IMG/VR virus record: IMGVR_UViG_3300023093_000003
Location: 1-54,581 of that record
Strand: one strand, 5' to 3'
Length of the DNA stretch: 54,581 bases
Origin: a virus
Lineage: Duplodnaviria > Caudoviricetes
A model generated the notes under the pieces. That model had not been told where the DNA came from and did no database searches. It saw nothing but the letters and a program-made list of their open reading frames with translations. Positions within the stretch are counted from its first letter, which is position 1. Every line of letters starts with the position of its first letter. A program made the position numbers and the translations under genes. Shown piece after piece: positions 1-8,483 of the stretch.

Positions 1-126
1 GAGCCTATGAGATCCGCACCGGCGAACGCTATCTGCATGGGCTGGAAGATGGCGAGATCCGTTGCTGGCCGGAATACCATCTCTTTATCATCGACGAGCG
101 CACCGGCTCCGTGATGATCGAAGGCG
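1..126. repeat. Terminal direct repeat (contig overlap), copy 1
   Basis: Bases 1-126 are identical to 54453-54578; the last 3 bases of the window (cct) do not match. Confidence 0.97.
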
Positions 127-638
127 GCTACGGCACGTTTTCCTATGGCTGGCCATCCGTCGCGCGCGGGCCGGAATCGCTGCATTCGTTCCTGTACGAT
201 CTCCACTTCGACTATTTCATGGGCAAGGCAGCGAAGCAGCCTCACCGCATCATCGACCACGATCGCACCGTTACCGAACTGAAGCGCCAACTCATCAAAA
301 CTAGGTGGGAAGATGGCCGCTGGAAGGGCACTATGTGGGACAAGGATCGTGTGCGATCGATGTGGGGCGATCTCACCTCGTGGGAGTGCGACTATCAAGG
401 CGAGAGCCTTGTCCGAAAGCTGTTTGAGGATCACGACTGGTACGCGTACCTCGACTGCTCCGATCCGTCGTACATGCAGGATCACCCCGGCATGCGGCGC
501 TTCTGGGATGAGGTGTGGTCGGTGTTCCGCGACCAGATCCTTCGCCCGCATTACCTCGAGCATATCAAGCAGAAGCCGATCAGACGCGGTCGAGCGCTGG
601 TGTCGATTGACGGGCAAGCCGATCGGATCGCGGCATGA
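1..638 (+). CDS. Hypothetical phage protein, 3' part; ORF starts at 54398 and crosses the circular join (about 230 aa)
   Basis: The frame of ORF 111..638 stays open back through the join to ATG 54398, which overlaps the upstream stop (ATGA). Confidence 0.8.
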   Translation, partial: AYEIRTGERYLHGLEDGEIRCWPEYHLFIIDERTGSVMIEGGYGTFSYGWPSVARGPESLHSFLYDLHFDYFMGKAAKQPHRIIDHDRTVTELKRQLIKTRWEDGRWKGTMWDKDRVRSMWGDLTSWECDYQGESLVRKLFEDHDWYAYLDCSDPSYMQDHPGMRRFWDEVWSVFRDQILRPHYLEHIKQKPIRRGRALVSIDGQADRIAA

Positions 639-1297
639 AGCCGGCCGCTTCCGCCCCGCCCCGAATGGAGCGCTATGAGCATCTCTCAAACCTTGAGGCG
701 CGGCTCTACGCAGCCGTTCCGCCGGTCGATCCCGAGCCGCTTCACTGGCTCTTTGACGACGCCAGCGCCTCGTATTGTTACGAGCATGCGCGTGAGGCCT
801 TGTTGAAGGCGAAGGGGCTATCGGAATGGCCTGTCAAGCCTACAGGCTATTCCTGGGAGCACACGCCCGAGCAAGAGGCGGCTATTGAACTGGCCGAGCA
901 GCTTGAGGACGGCATTGATGGCGGTGGCGATAGTTCGCCGAGCGATCATAGCGAGGCATGCGATACCTGCGGCTGCACGCTGCGGCATACGCTGACCGAT
1001 TACGGCGTCGAGCAAGAACTAGCGCACTTCGCGGAGAACCCCGGATTTGAGGTGCTCGACGCCGAGCAAAGCTATGTGGTCTCGCGCATCTGCATGAATC
1101 TGACTTGGCCCGGCGCGCCGGCCGAGCAGGTCGAAGCCGCGATCAAGATTGTGGAAGACGCGCTTGAGGCCGTGGAGGCCGGGCGTGTCGCATCTTCACC
1201 CCAGATCAGCCCGGCCTCGCAAGCCGAGCTGCGCGCGCCGGGGGCGGTTACTTCGCCGTCCGCGCCCGGCGCGCAACCTTCGGAGGCTGCACGATGA
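635..1297 (+). CDS. Hypothetical protein with CxxC motif
   Basis: ATGA coupling at both ends; acidic; contains CDTCG. Confidence 0.7.
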   Translation: MKPAASAPPRMERYEHLSNLEARLYAAVPPVDPEPLHWLFDDASASYCYEHAREALLKAKGLSEWPVKPTGYSWEHTPEQEAAIELAEQLEDGIDGGGDSSPSDHSEACDTCGCTLRHTLTDYGVEQELAHFAENPGFEVLDAEQSYVVSRICMNLTWPGAPAEQVEAAIKIVEDALEAVEAGRVASSPQISPASQAELRAPGAVTSPSAPGAQPSEAAR

Positions 1298-1977
1298 CCG
1301 CCTATCGATTCAACAGCCGCTTCATCAAGGGGGGGCCGTTCGCGACTGACGTGTCGAACGATGAGATCAAGAACGAGCCGATGTTCTTCAACAGTGACAT
1401 CGATTTCGCATACGAGAATGGCGGCCCGATCACACGATCATTCCTCCTCGCTATTCCTGATAGGTGGACGATCAGCCCTCTCGTGTTCGACAGCCGCGTC
1501 CATATGCTCATGCCCGGCTGGTATCCTGCTATTCCCGGCTATCACCATGACGACGTGCCTCGCCCGGAAATCCCGGTCGGCCAGCACTTCGCGACCGCCG
1601 GCCAACCAGATTACGATAGCCCGCGCTATCGCGCAGAGCATATCCTCGGCCTGGTAAATGCCCAGGTTGCCCCGACCGACTTCGCCGTCGGCGAGTGCGA
1701 GATGCCGCGCGTTCCAGACGGTGAACTGATCTATCGCGCGTGGCATCGCGAAGTTGAGCGGCTGCTTGCCGATGGCTCTATGCAGCGCGTCTCCGTGCCC
1801 GACCGCCAGCTCGTCCATTTCGACTGCGATGCCTTCCATACCGGCGTAAAAGCCGTCGCAGCTGGTTGGCGCTGGTTCGGACGCGTCAGCCGGAACACCG
1901 AGCGCGCCGACAAGGCGACCAACGAGATCCGCCAGCAGGCGCAGGTCTACCTTGAATTCCCGATGGAGGGCTGGTGA
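1294..1977 (+). CDS. Putative 2OG-Fe(II) dioxygenase-fold protein
   Basis: PGYHHDDVPR (HxD), distal FHTG His and WRWFGR Arg strand fit the DSBH HxD...H...R pattern. Confidence 0.6.
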   Translation: MTAYRFNSRFIKGGPFATDVSNDEIKNEPMFFNSDIDFAYENGGPITRSFLLAIPDRWTISPLVFDSRVHMLMPGWYPAIPGYHHDDVPRPEIPVGQHFATAGQPDYDSPRYRAEHILGLVNAQVAPTDFAVGECEMPRVPDGELIYRAWHREVERLLADGSMQRVSVPDRQLVHFDCDAFHTGVKAVAAGWRWFGRVSRNTERADKATNEIRQQAQVYLEFPMEGW

Positions 1978-2261
1978 TGAACCGCTGCGCCAACTGCATG
2001 GAGCCGTATGCGCGGCACGTCATCCGCGCCGGAGCGGTGCCGATCTGCCCGGATTATATGAGCCGGTATCACGAGGCGACCGAAGAGCAGGTCGAGGGTG
2101 CATACTGGCTGAAGTTCCCGGGCGGACATGGGTCGGTCGACGTCGATCAAGCGGCTGCGGGAGATCCGGCAGCCCGCGTCCGCGACGTGCTCGGCGCCGA
2201 GGCGATGGAAGGCGATGGCCTGGCGGAGCTTGAGGCCCAGCTTCGGGATGCGTCGAAGTGA
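1974..2261 (+). CDS. Hypothetical protein
   Basis: Coupled to neighbours; N-terminal CxxC. Confidence 0.55.
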   Translation: MMNRCANCMEPYARHVIRAGAVPICPDYMSRYHEATEEQVEGAYWLKFPGGHGSVDVDQAAAGDPAARVRDVLGAEAMEGDGLAELEAQLRDASK

Positions 2262-2461
2262 AGCGGTACGGCACCCCATCGGTCGGAGAGCCGGGCTATC
2301 TTCCGTATTGCGGCAACTGCTTGGGACTTCATCGCATGTCGCGAAAGACGAGCTTCTTCAAATGCGGCGTCTGCGGGCTCGAAACCCGTCGGGTCAACGG
2401 CGAAGATATGTTCGACCGCACCGCGCCGATTACGGTTCCGGCGAACGGGGCCGCGCGATGA
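2258..2461 (+). CDS. Small zinc-ribbon protein
   Basis: CGNC...CGVCG; GTGA/ATGA overlaps. Confidence 0.6.
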   Translation: MKRYGTPSVGEPGYLPYCGNCLGLHRMSRKTSFFKCGVCGLETRRVNGEDMFDRTAPITVPANGAAR

Positions 2462-2643
2462 AGCGCATCTGCCGCCGCCGCACCTTCGACCAGATCCGCC
2501 GAGAGCAGGACGAGAGCCTCGCCCGCTACCTCGACGCGCATGCGGAGAAGCTGCGGGCAACCGATCAGCCGGACGAGGCGACGGCGCTCCGTAGCGTCGC
2601 AGGGATGATCCGGGCCGGGTTCGTGGAAGGTGAAAAGCGATGA
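2458..2643 (+). CDS. Hypothetical protein (MKRICRRRTF...)
   Basis: ATGA overlaps at both ends; 3' part of track ORF 2128..2643. Confidence 0.6.
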   Translation: MKRICRRRTFDQIRREQDESLARYLDAHAEKLRATDQPDEATALRSVAGMIRAGFVEGEKR

Positions 2644-3173
2644 CCGATATCAACGCCGCGCCAGCCCGCGGAGAGAATTACATATCGGATTGGGATGAGG
2701 GGGCGTTCCCTTACGGGAAGCCCGTCAACTGCCCGTTCTGCAAGGCGGAGATCCGCTACACCGAATTCGAGTACAACGGCCATGGCCCGCCGCCCAGCTA
2801 TATGGTCATGTGCGGTACTTGCGGTGCGACAGGTCCGCATTCTTGCGGGCGCGAGCGCGATGACCACTTCGGTGCGCGCGAGGACGCAGTCCGCCAATGG
2901 AATAGGTGCGAGGAGCGGGCGGCGCCCACTCCTTCCAGCGATGCGGCACCTTTGTGCGTGCACTGCGATCACTTCATCGGCATGAACATGCAGCGCACCT
3001 GCGTCTTCTATGCAGCGTGGTCGCCCACGCTTGGCTGGCAAGCGAAGCCACGAGACGCTGACTTCGAGCGGGCACCGAGGTGGCTCGGGTTTGGCAAGAA
3101 CCGCTGCGGTCCAGAGGGCCGTCACTTCAAGCCAAATCGGGGTCTCGGCACCCCGCCGTGGCCAAGAAAATGA
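2640..3173 (+). CDS. Lar (restriction alleviation)-like zinc-finger protein with extra C-terminal domain
   Basis: CPFC...CGTCGATGP...AVRQWNR matches the Lar-family pattern. Confidence 0.65.
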   Translation: MTDINAAPARGENYISDWDEGAFPYGKPVNCPFCKAEIRYTEFEYNGHGPPPSYMVMCGTCGATGPHSCGRERDDHFGAREDAVRQWNRCEERAAPTPSSDAAPLCVHCDHFIGMNMQRTCVFYAAWSPTLGWQAKPRDADFERAPRWLGFGKNRCGPEGRHFKPNRGLGTPPWPRK

Positions 3174-3403
3174 CCATGCTCGCCAACCTGCCGGACTGGC
3201 CGGCCGCCATGAACCGCGAAGCGGCGCTCGCCTTCACCGGCGTCGCCGAGTCCCAACTCAAGCAGTGGGCGAAGGTCGGCAAGGTGCGCTTCCGCGCGCG
3301 CGGGCCGAACGGCCAACTGCTTGCGCTCAAGTCCGATCTCGAAGCCGCGCTCGTCGAGATGTTTACCGCCGCCGACGAAGAGGATCTCGACTTTGGCCAG
3401 TGA
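3170..3403 (+). CDS. Excisionase-like HTH protein
   Basis: WPAAMNREAALAFTGVAESQLKQW resembles a MerR/Xis-type HTH; overlaps the integrase start. Confidence 0.7.
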   Translation: MTMLANLPDWPAAMNREAALAFTGVAESQLKQWAKVGKVRFRARGPNGQLLALKSDLEAALVEMFTAADEEDLDFGQ

Positions 3404-4613
3404 ACGGCTGCCCTCCTATGTCCAGGTGCGCAAGCTCTCAGGGGGCAAGCGGTATTTCTGGATTCGTCCGCAGTGGGCAAAGCCGCCGGCGATGCGGCAC
3501 GGCAAGACGTGCCCGGTGACATCCTCGCCGCTCGGCGATGACCTGGCGATTGCGATCACCCGGGCCAATGCGCTCAACGCCGCCTTCAAGGAATGGCGCG
3601 AGGGTGTCGACACGCGGATGGCGCCCGGTTCGGTCGAGTGGCTCTTCGCGTGGTTCCGCAAGCTGGAGAAGTTCACCGAGCTCCGGCACAACACCCGGGC
3701 CGGCTACTCGACCTGCATGGAGATGGTCTCCGCGATCGAGATGAAGGTCGGCCGATTCGGCACCCGCCAGGCGAAGGTGATCGACGCGACCGCCGCCGAC
3801 GCGCTCTACAAGAAGGCGAAGGCCAAGCACGGCGATCGCCAAGGCTCCTACATGATGCAGGTGTGCCGGCTGGTATGGAACCAGGCGGCGCGGCACGACA
3901 AGGTCACTGGCGTGAAGTCGAACCCGTTCGCGGGCATGGGCATCTCCAGCAGCAGCGGGAAGGGCAAGGGCAACGTCGCGGCCAGCCGGGCGCAGTATGA
4001 CGCCTACCGGGCCGCGGCGCGCGCTATGGGCCGTCAGAGCATGGCCACCGCGGCCGCGATCTGCTTCGAGGGCTGCCAGCGCGTGTTCGACGCCTTCGGC
4101 TTCACAGATCCCGACGGTCGCGTCACGCGCGGAGTGCGCTGGGGCGGATACAAGCCGGGTGAGAGCATCGGCCTCGTCCAGTCGAAGACCGGCAACGTCG
4201 TCGACATCCCCCTGGTCGACAAGGTCGATGGCGAGCTCGTCGCGTTCTACCCCGATCTCGAGGAAGAGATCGCCCGCCTCACGCGCGGCGCCGACGATGC
4301 CCTGATCGTCCTCGATGAGCGCACCGGCAAGGCCTACACCAAGGACTACATGAACAAGCTGCACCGGCGCATCCGCGACAAGGCGGGGCTGCCGGCTGAG
4401 ATCAAGTTCACCTCGTTCCGGCATGGCGGCATTACCGAGATCGGCGACAGCGGCACCGACGACGTCCGCGCCGTCAGCGGTCACAGCACGCTTGAGGTCA
4501 CCCGGATCTACAACAAGGCGAACCAGGAGAAGGCGAAGCGGATCGCCGCGCGCCGCCGCGAGCATATCGAGATGCTGACCGCCGGCGCAGCCGAAGCCGA
4601 GGAGGAAGCATGA
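3393..4613 (+). CDS. int: Tyrosine recombinase / phage integrase
   Basis: Catalytic-type motifs GCQRVFD (R), QSKTG (K), TSFRH (HxxR position), SGH and IY; probable TTG start at 3393 (track start 3321). Confidence 0.9.
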   Translation: MASERLPSYVQVRKLSGGKRYFWIRPQWAKPPAMRHGKTCPVTSSPLGDDLAIAITRANALNAAFKEWREGVDTRMAPGSVEWLFAWFRKLEKFTELRHNTRAGYSTCMEMVSAIEMKVGRFGTRQAKVIDATAADALYKKAKAKHGDRQGSYMMQVCRLVWNQAARHDKVTGVKSNPFAGMGISSSSGKGKGNVAASRAQYDAYRAAARAMGRQSMATAAAICFEGCQRVFDAFGFTDPDGRVTRGVRWGGYKPGESIGLVQSKTGNVVDIPLVDKVDGELVAFYPDLEEEIARLTRGADDALIVLDERTGKAYTKDYMNKLHRRIRDKAGLPAEIKFTSFRHGGITEIGDSGTDDVRAVSGHSTLEVTRIYNKANQEKAKRIAARRREHIEMLTAGAAEAEEEA

Positions 4614-5718
4614 CATGGCTCTACGTCCCTGGAACGTCCTCGAATTGTGCGCCGGAGCCGGAGGGTCGGCCTCGGTATCGAACTCGCCGTGCCCGGAGCG
4701 CGTGGTATCGCTTACGTGGAGAGGGAAGCAGCGGCCGCCGCGAAGCTGGTCCACCGCATGGAAACGCACGACCTGGCTCCGGCGCCTGTCTGGTCTGACC
4801 TTGCCACCTTCAACGCTCGCCCGTGGCGTGGACGCGTTCATTGCGTCGCTTCCGGAGATCCATGCCAAGGAAACAGCGTCGCCGGAAAGCGGCTTGGCGT
4901 CCTCGACGATCGCTTCCTCATCGACCAGGTTCTCCGCGTCGTCGATGAGTGCCGGCCTCTCCGTCTCTTCCGAGAGAACGTGCCGGGGAACACGGACGGC
5001 CAACTCGCCGCCCTCGTGGGGCCATTGGAGCGAATGGGCTATCGCGTTGAATGCGGAATATTTGGCTCGGGCGAAACCCGGAACAGTCACGGACGAAAGC
5101 GACTGTTCGTCATGGCCGACGCCATCAGCCCAGCAGTTCGAAGCCGACGATTTGGATCGGCTACTCGATCGACAGGCGGCGCAGGCGGAGAAGAACGGCA
5201 ACAACGGTTTCGGCATGACGCTGGCGAACGAGGTGCAGATCTGGTCGCGGCAGTGGCGGACACCGAACGCGATGATGGCGATGCATGGGCCGATGGACCC
5301 GGAATATCGTGCGCGCAAAGGGCAGACGGTATCGCTGGACGACCAGGCGTCGACTTGGGCTACGCCGACCGCGTGGATGACGAAAGGCGGCGGGGACGCG
5401 CTGACCCGGGCGGACGGGAAGAGCCGGCTCGACATGCTCGACTGGCAGGCGGAGGCGTGGTCCCGCTCGTCGTGCCCGGACCCGACGATCCCGCTTGGCG
5501 AGATATCATCGACCGATGGCCGCAACTCACTCCCGCAATCGACAAAGAGCAGGCTCAACGTCTTCTTCACGGAGGCTTTGATGCGTTGGCCGATCGGGTG
5601 GACCGACTTCGGCTGCTCGGAAACGGGGTCGACCCAGTGGCGGCAGGATATGCGTGGCTATCTCTGGATGCTCGTCACCGCGCGCATCGGGAGCGAGCGG
5701 CAGGGCGCTCTATTATGA
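4610..5718 (+). pseudogene. Alternative-frame (beta) chain of the C5 methyltransferase carrying motif IX, frameshifted at the same site
   Basis: ATG 4610 overlaps the int stop; RLNVFFTEALMRWPIGWT is motif IX-like; repeated W-x-T-P segments; the same +1 base restores the frame. Confidence 0.7.
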
Positions 5719-5732
5719 AGGACGCAGCATGA
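4615..5732 (+). pseudogene. C5-cytosine DNA methyltransferase, large (alpha) chain, frameshifted at about 4665
   Basis: Motif I VLELCAGAGG is in the 4615 frame; GDPCQGNSVAG (IV), FRENVPG (VI), RKRLF (VIII) and LRLLGNGV (X) are in the 4647 frame. One inserted base after 4665 joins them. Confidence 0.85.
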
Positions 5733-6004
5733 ACGCGAAGAAACTCGACCGAGCATTGGCCGCAGAAGGCATTTCCATGCCTCAGGTTCTGGAGAAGGTC
5801 GCTGGCGGCAGCCGATCCGACGATCAAATTGCGCGAAATGGGGCGCGGGCAACCCTGAGCCAGATCGACAAGCTGCGTAATCAACTCGCCCAGGCAGAAC
5901 GGTGCTGCCAGCATGTTATATCGACCGGCACAGTCCGGCACGATGACGCCGCAGTCTGGCGTAGGGTTGAGCGCGCAGCCGATAAGCTCCTCGGGACATT
6001 CTGA
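5729..6004 (+). CDS. Hypothetical protein
   Basis: ATGA overlap with the MTase stop; last gene before attP. Confidence 0.6.
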   Translation: MNAKKLDRALAAEGISMPQVLEKVAGGSRSDDQIARNGARATLSQIDKLRNQLAQAERCCQHVISTGTVRHDDAAVWRRVERAADKLLGTF

Positions 6005-6180
6005 CCATGCCGTGCGCAAAAATGCCGCGTCGAGTGCTACTCGCCAAAAAGACGGCTTCCGCCGCTCGACAAACGAATCGGAAAAGCGCGGTTCGCTGCG
6101 CCGTGGAACGGAACGGGAATGTCATAATGCGTGTAATAAAAGGTGTAATAACGGCGCTTGGTTTAGCTGCCTCACGTAAG

Positions 6181-6212
6181 GCGGAAACTCACGCATTTCT
6201 GCGGGTTTCCGC
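6181..6212 (-). terminator. Stem-loop immediately downstream of the tRNA CCA end
   Basis: GCGGAAACTCACGCA-TTTC-TGCGGGTTTCCGC imperfect inverted repeat. Confidence 0.55.
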
Positions 6213-6264
6213 TGGCTCCCTGAGTAGGATTCGAACCTACGGCCGCTCGATTAACAGTCGAGTG
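6213..6264 (-). tRNA. 3' half of tRNA-Asn(GTT), attP core (not a complete tRNA)
   Basis: Minus strand reads CACTCGA-CTGTTAA-TCGAGCGGCCGTAGGTTCGAATCCTACTCAGGGAGCCA: anticodon arm, T arm and CCA are present; D arm and 5' acceptor strand are absent. Confidence 0.9.
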
Positions 6265-6419
6265 GTTCCCGTGTGTTTTCAACGCGGTTTATCACTTTTT
6301 CTGCGTCTGTTCACCCACGGTATCCCGGCGAGTCGCGACGATTGTCATAACTGCGCGGCCGCGTTTTCAGCCGGCGCCGAGATCGCCCGCCTCACCCCCT
6401 CAAACGGGAGCGCATCGGC

Positions 6420-6605
6420 ATGAGCGGGGTGGACGAAGTAGCTCGGCTGCTGACGACGGCAGCGGCACGGGCCAAGCAAGCTGACCACCACGAGGCCGAA
6501 GCGCTGCGCTATTCGAAGTGCGATTGCGCTGGGTGTATCGCGCGCTCGGCCAATCATTTCACGATCGCCGCCGGTCTGCGCGGCCAAGCTAGGTTCCGGC
6601 AGTGA
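6420..6605 (+). CDS. Hypothetical protein
   Basis: GGGAG upstream; coupled to the next gene; CDCAGC motif. Confidence 0.5.
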   Translation: MSGVDEVARLLTTAAARAKQADHHEAEALRYSKCDCAGCIARSANHFTIAAGLRGQARFRQ

Positions 6606-7315
6606 TGGCGCTGGTGTACCACGGCACCCCCATGACGCCCCGAGAGGCCGCGCGCGAAGTGCTGCCGGGCCGGGCGGTCTGCGTCAGCTTCTATCGGCCC
6701 GACACCGTTGATATCGCCGAGGCGGTCGCGCCCTTCATCATGTATGACAACGGCGCATTCTCATTCTGGAAGCAGGCATTGCGCGCCGGCAAGGAATGGG
6801 ACGAGACGCAGCGCGATTGGTCGGCCTATTATGCATGGCTTGAAGGGCGCCTGTTCCAGCCCGGCCGCTGGGCCGTCATCCCCGATCAGCCCGGCGCGCC
6901 ATCCCAGCTCAACGATGCACTGTTGAATGATTGGCCGCATGGGACCGCCCGAGGTGCGCCGCTCTGGCACATGGACGCTTCGGTTGATCGCCTTGGGCGG
7001 CTGTGTGATCGCTACGATCGCGTCTGTCTCGGCTATGTCGGCCCTGAGAAGTCGGTCGATTGCCCTGCCTATCACCGCCGCATGGATGATGTCGCACGGT
7101 TCCTCGGCAACCGCTGGCCCACGCTTCACATGATGCGCGGAACCGCTGTTGCTGGCCGGTATCCGTTCGCCAGCGCTGACAGCACCTCTCTCGCGCAGAA
7201 CGGTCACCGCTACGACTGGCGCGACCACCAGCATGACATGCTGAGCAACGTCGTGCCTGCGCGCTGGAATGGTCGCCGGGCTTATGCCGATAATCTCGAA
7301 AGGATCGCCGCATGA
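6605..7315 (+). CDS. tRNA-guanine transglycosylase (TGT/DpdA)-like protein
   Basis: YHGTP N-terminus, DNGAFS, VIPD, WH and SADSTS resemble the aspartate motifs of TGT-fold phage proteins. Confidence 0.55.
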   Translation: MALVYHGTPMTPREAAREVLPGRAVCVSFYRPDTVDIAEAVAPFIMYDNGAFSFWKQALRAGKEWDETQRDWSAYYAWLEGRLFQPGRWAVIPDQPGAPSQLNDALLNDWPHGTARGAPLWHMDASVDRLGRLCDRYDRVCLGYVGPEKSVDCPAYHRRMDDVARFLGNRWPTLHMMRGTAVAGRYPFASADSTSLAQNGHRYDWRDHQHDMLSNVVPARWNGRRAYADNLERIAA

Positions 7316-7701
7316 CCGCCGAGTTGGAGGCGCTGGCGGTGAAGCCGTTCTACGTCGATGCCGATGGCTTCGGGCGCTACGTCTATTTCGCTCGTTCGCG
7401 CGGGCAAGCTTTTGCAAAGGCGTTCGGCGATTTCGGATCGTTGCGGGACGAGGCGACCTTCAAGGACTTCCTTCGCATCGCTCGGGTGCGGGGCTGTCCA
7501 GATCGCAGCGAGCGCTTCGGCGAGGCGATCACCGTCTGCGGCGAACCAGCGTTCTACGTCGATCACAACAGCCAGTACATCCAATTCGTTCGGCCCCACA
7601 GCGACGTGATTCTGAGCGCGCATCCTCTCGACGTTGAGCCGCCCCAGGCCCGTCGCGGCACACCATACGCTGAACCCACAACACCCCGAGGTGACGCATG
7701 A
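7312..7701 (+). CDS. Hypothetical protein
   Basis: ATGA-coupled on both sides. Confidence 0.65.
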   Translation: MTAELEALAVKPFYVDADGFGRYVYFARSRGQAFAKAFGDFGSLRDEATFKDFLRIARVRGCPDRSERFGEAITVCGEPAFYVDHNSQYIQFVRPHSDVILSAHPLDVEPPQARRGTPYAEPTTPRGDA

Positions 7702-8117
7702 CACATGACTATGAGGCGCTGGCGGTGCGGGTTGATCGAGCGAGCGGACCGGACTTGGTTCTGGAACGCGATATTGCGCTCGCGGTATACCCGGGCGCGC
7801 AACCTCTTCACGGCAACGAGACACGGATTTCGGTCTGGGATGGCAACGGCCGAACGCAGCTAACTGTCAAACCTTACACCGCCTCGATCGACGCCGCGAT
7901 GACGCTGGTGCCGGAAGGGTGGTTCCTTACGCTTGACCGATACATCGTGTCGGATGATCCGGCGCAACGGGGAAGTTGGCGCGTCTGGCTGAAGTTTATT
8001 CATCCGACCGACCATATTGAGAAGCGCTTTGCCCGCGCCGACACACCGGCAACCGCCGTCCTCAGCGCCGCCCTCCGCGCTAGAGCCGCCACTGTGGTGA
8101 TTGGGGGTGGAGAGTGA
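7698..8117 (+). CDS. Conserved-looking phage protein (GPD..L..DIA / YTASIDAAMTLVPEGW / TPA.A..AALRARA type)
   Basis: Motif pattern common in alphaproteobacterial prophage early regions; coupled. Confidence 0.7.
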   Translation: MTHDYEALAVRVDRASGPDLVLERDIALAVYPGAQPLHGNETRISVWDGNGRTQLTVKPYTASIDAAMTLVPEGWFLTLDRYIVSDDPAQRGSWRVWLKFIHPTDHIEKRFARADTPATAVLSAALRARAATVVIGGGE

Positions 8118-8308
8118 CGCTACGGGGCAAAATCCTGTGCGCGCTCGGCTCGCACCCCTGTACCACGAATAGCGACGAAAGCGGCGTCTGGGGCGAGTGC
8201 GTCCGGTGCCATCGTCGCTTCGGATATGTCGATCGAGCAACGCTGCGTCGCTTTGCCGATGCTGAATATGCCGCCCGCTATGGTCAGAAAGGACCGCACA
8301 ATGGCTGA
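8114..8308 (+). CDS. Small Cys/His-rich protein
   Basis: LCALGSH...CVRC; GTGA overlap. Confidence 0.6.
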   Translation: MTLRGKILCALGSHPCTTNSDESGVWGECVRCHRRFGYVDRATLRRFADAEYAARYGQKGPHNG

Positions 8309-8483
8309 TACCGAATGGATCGAGTGGGCGGGCGGCGAATGTCCAGTGCGCCCGTTCGACACAAAGGTCGAATACAAGCTTCGTAACGGAGATGTATGCA
8401 TGCCCCACCGCGCATCGCTTTGCGACTGGTCGCACAATGGAGCGTGGAACGACATCATCGCCTACCGCGTGGTGCCCGCATGA
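8301..8483 (+). CDS. Small WIEW..GGECPV/DIIAYRV protein, copy 1
   Basis: AAGGA RBS; paralog of 50095..50307. Confidence 0.75.
   Translation: MADTEWIEWAGGECPVRPFDTKVEYKLRNGDVCMPHRASLCDWSHNGAWNDIIAYRVVPA

Larger units (their letters stand above)
6120..6350. other. attP: attP region with putative integrase arm-type sites
   Basis: TGT(C/A)ATAA at 6120, 6132 and 6144 (12-bp period) and at 6343, flanking a tRNA 3' fragment in an intergenic gap. Confidence 0.75.

Noticed and set aside
1-126. Physical direct terminal repeats of the virion
   Set aside because: The repeat lies mid-ORF and far from terS, its length is typical of an assembler overlap, and the HNH-terS-terL module points to cos ends.
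1294-1977. Firm TET/JBP 5mC dioxygenase call
   Set aside because: Only generic 2OG-Fe(II) motifs are visible and the gene is not adjacent to the C5-MTase.
3438-5570. 710-aa minus-strand ORF
   Set aside because: It is an antisense shadow of int and the MTase with no recognisable motifs, as expected in high-GC DNA.
6213-6290. Functional phage tRNA-Asn gene
   Set aside because: The D arm and 5' acceptor strand are missing; it is an att core.
6007-6423. 138-aa ORF across attP
   Set aside because: It overlaps the tRNA fragment and arm repeats, has no convincing RBS, and would be split on integration.
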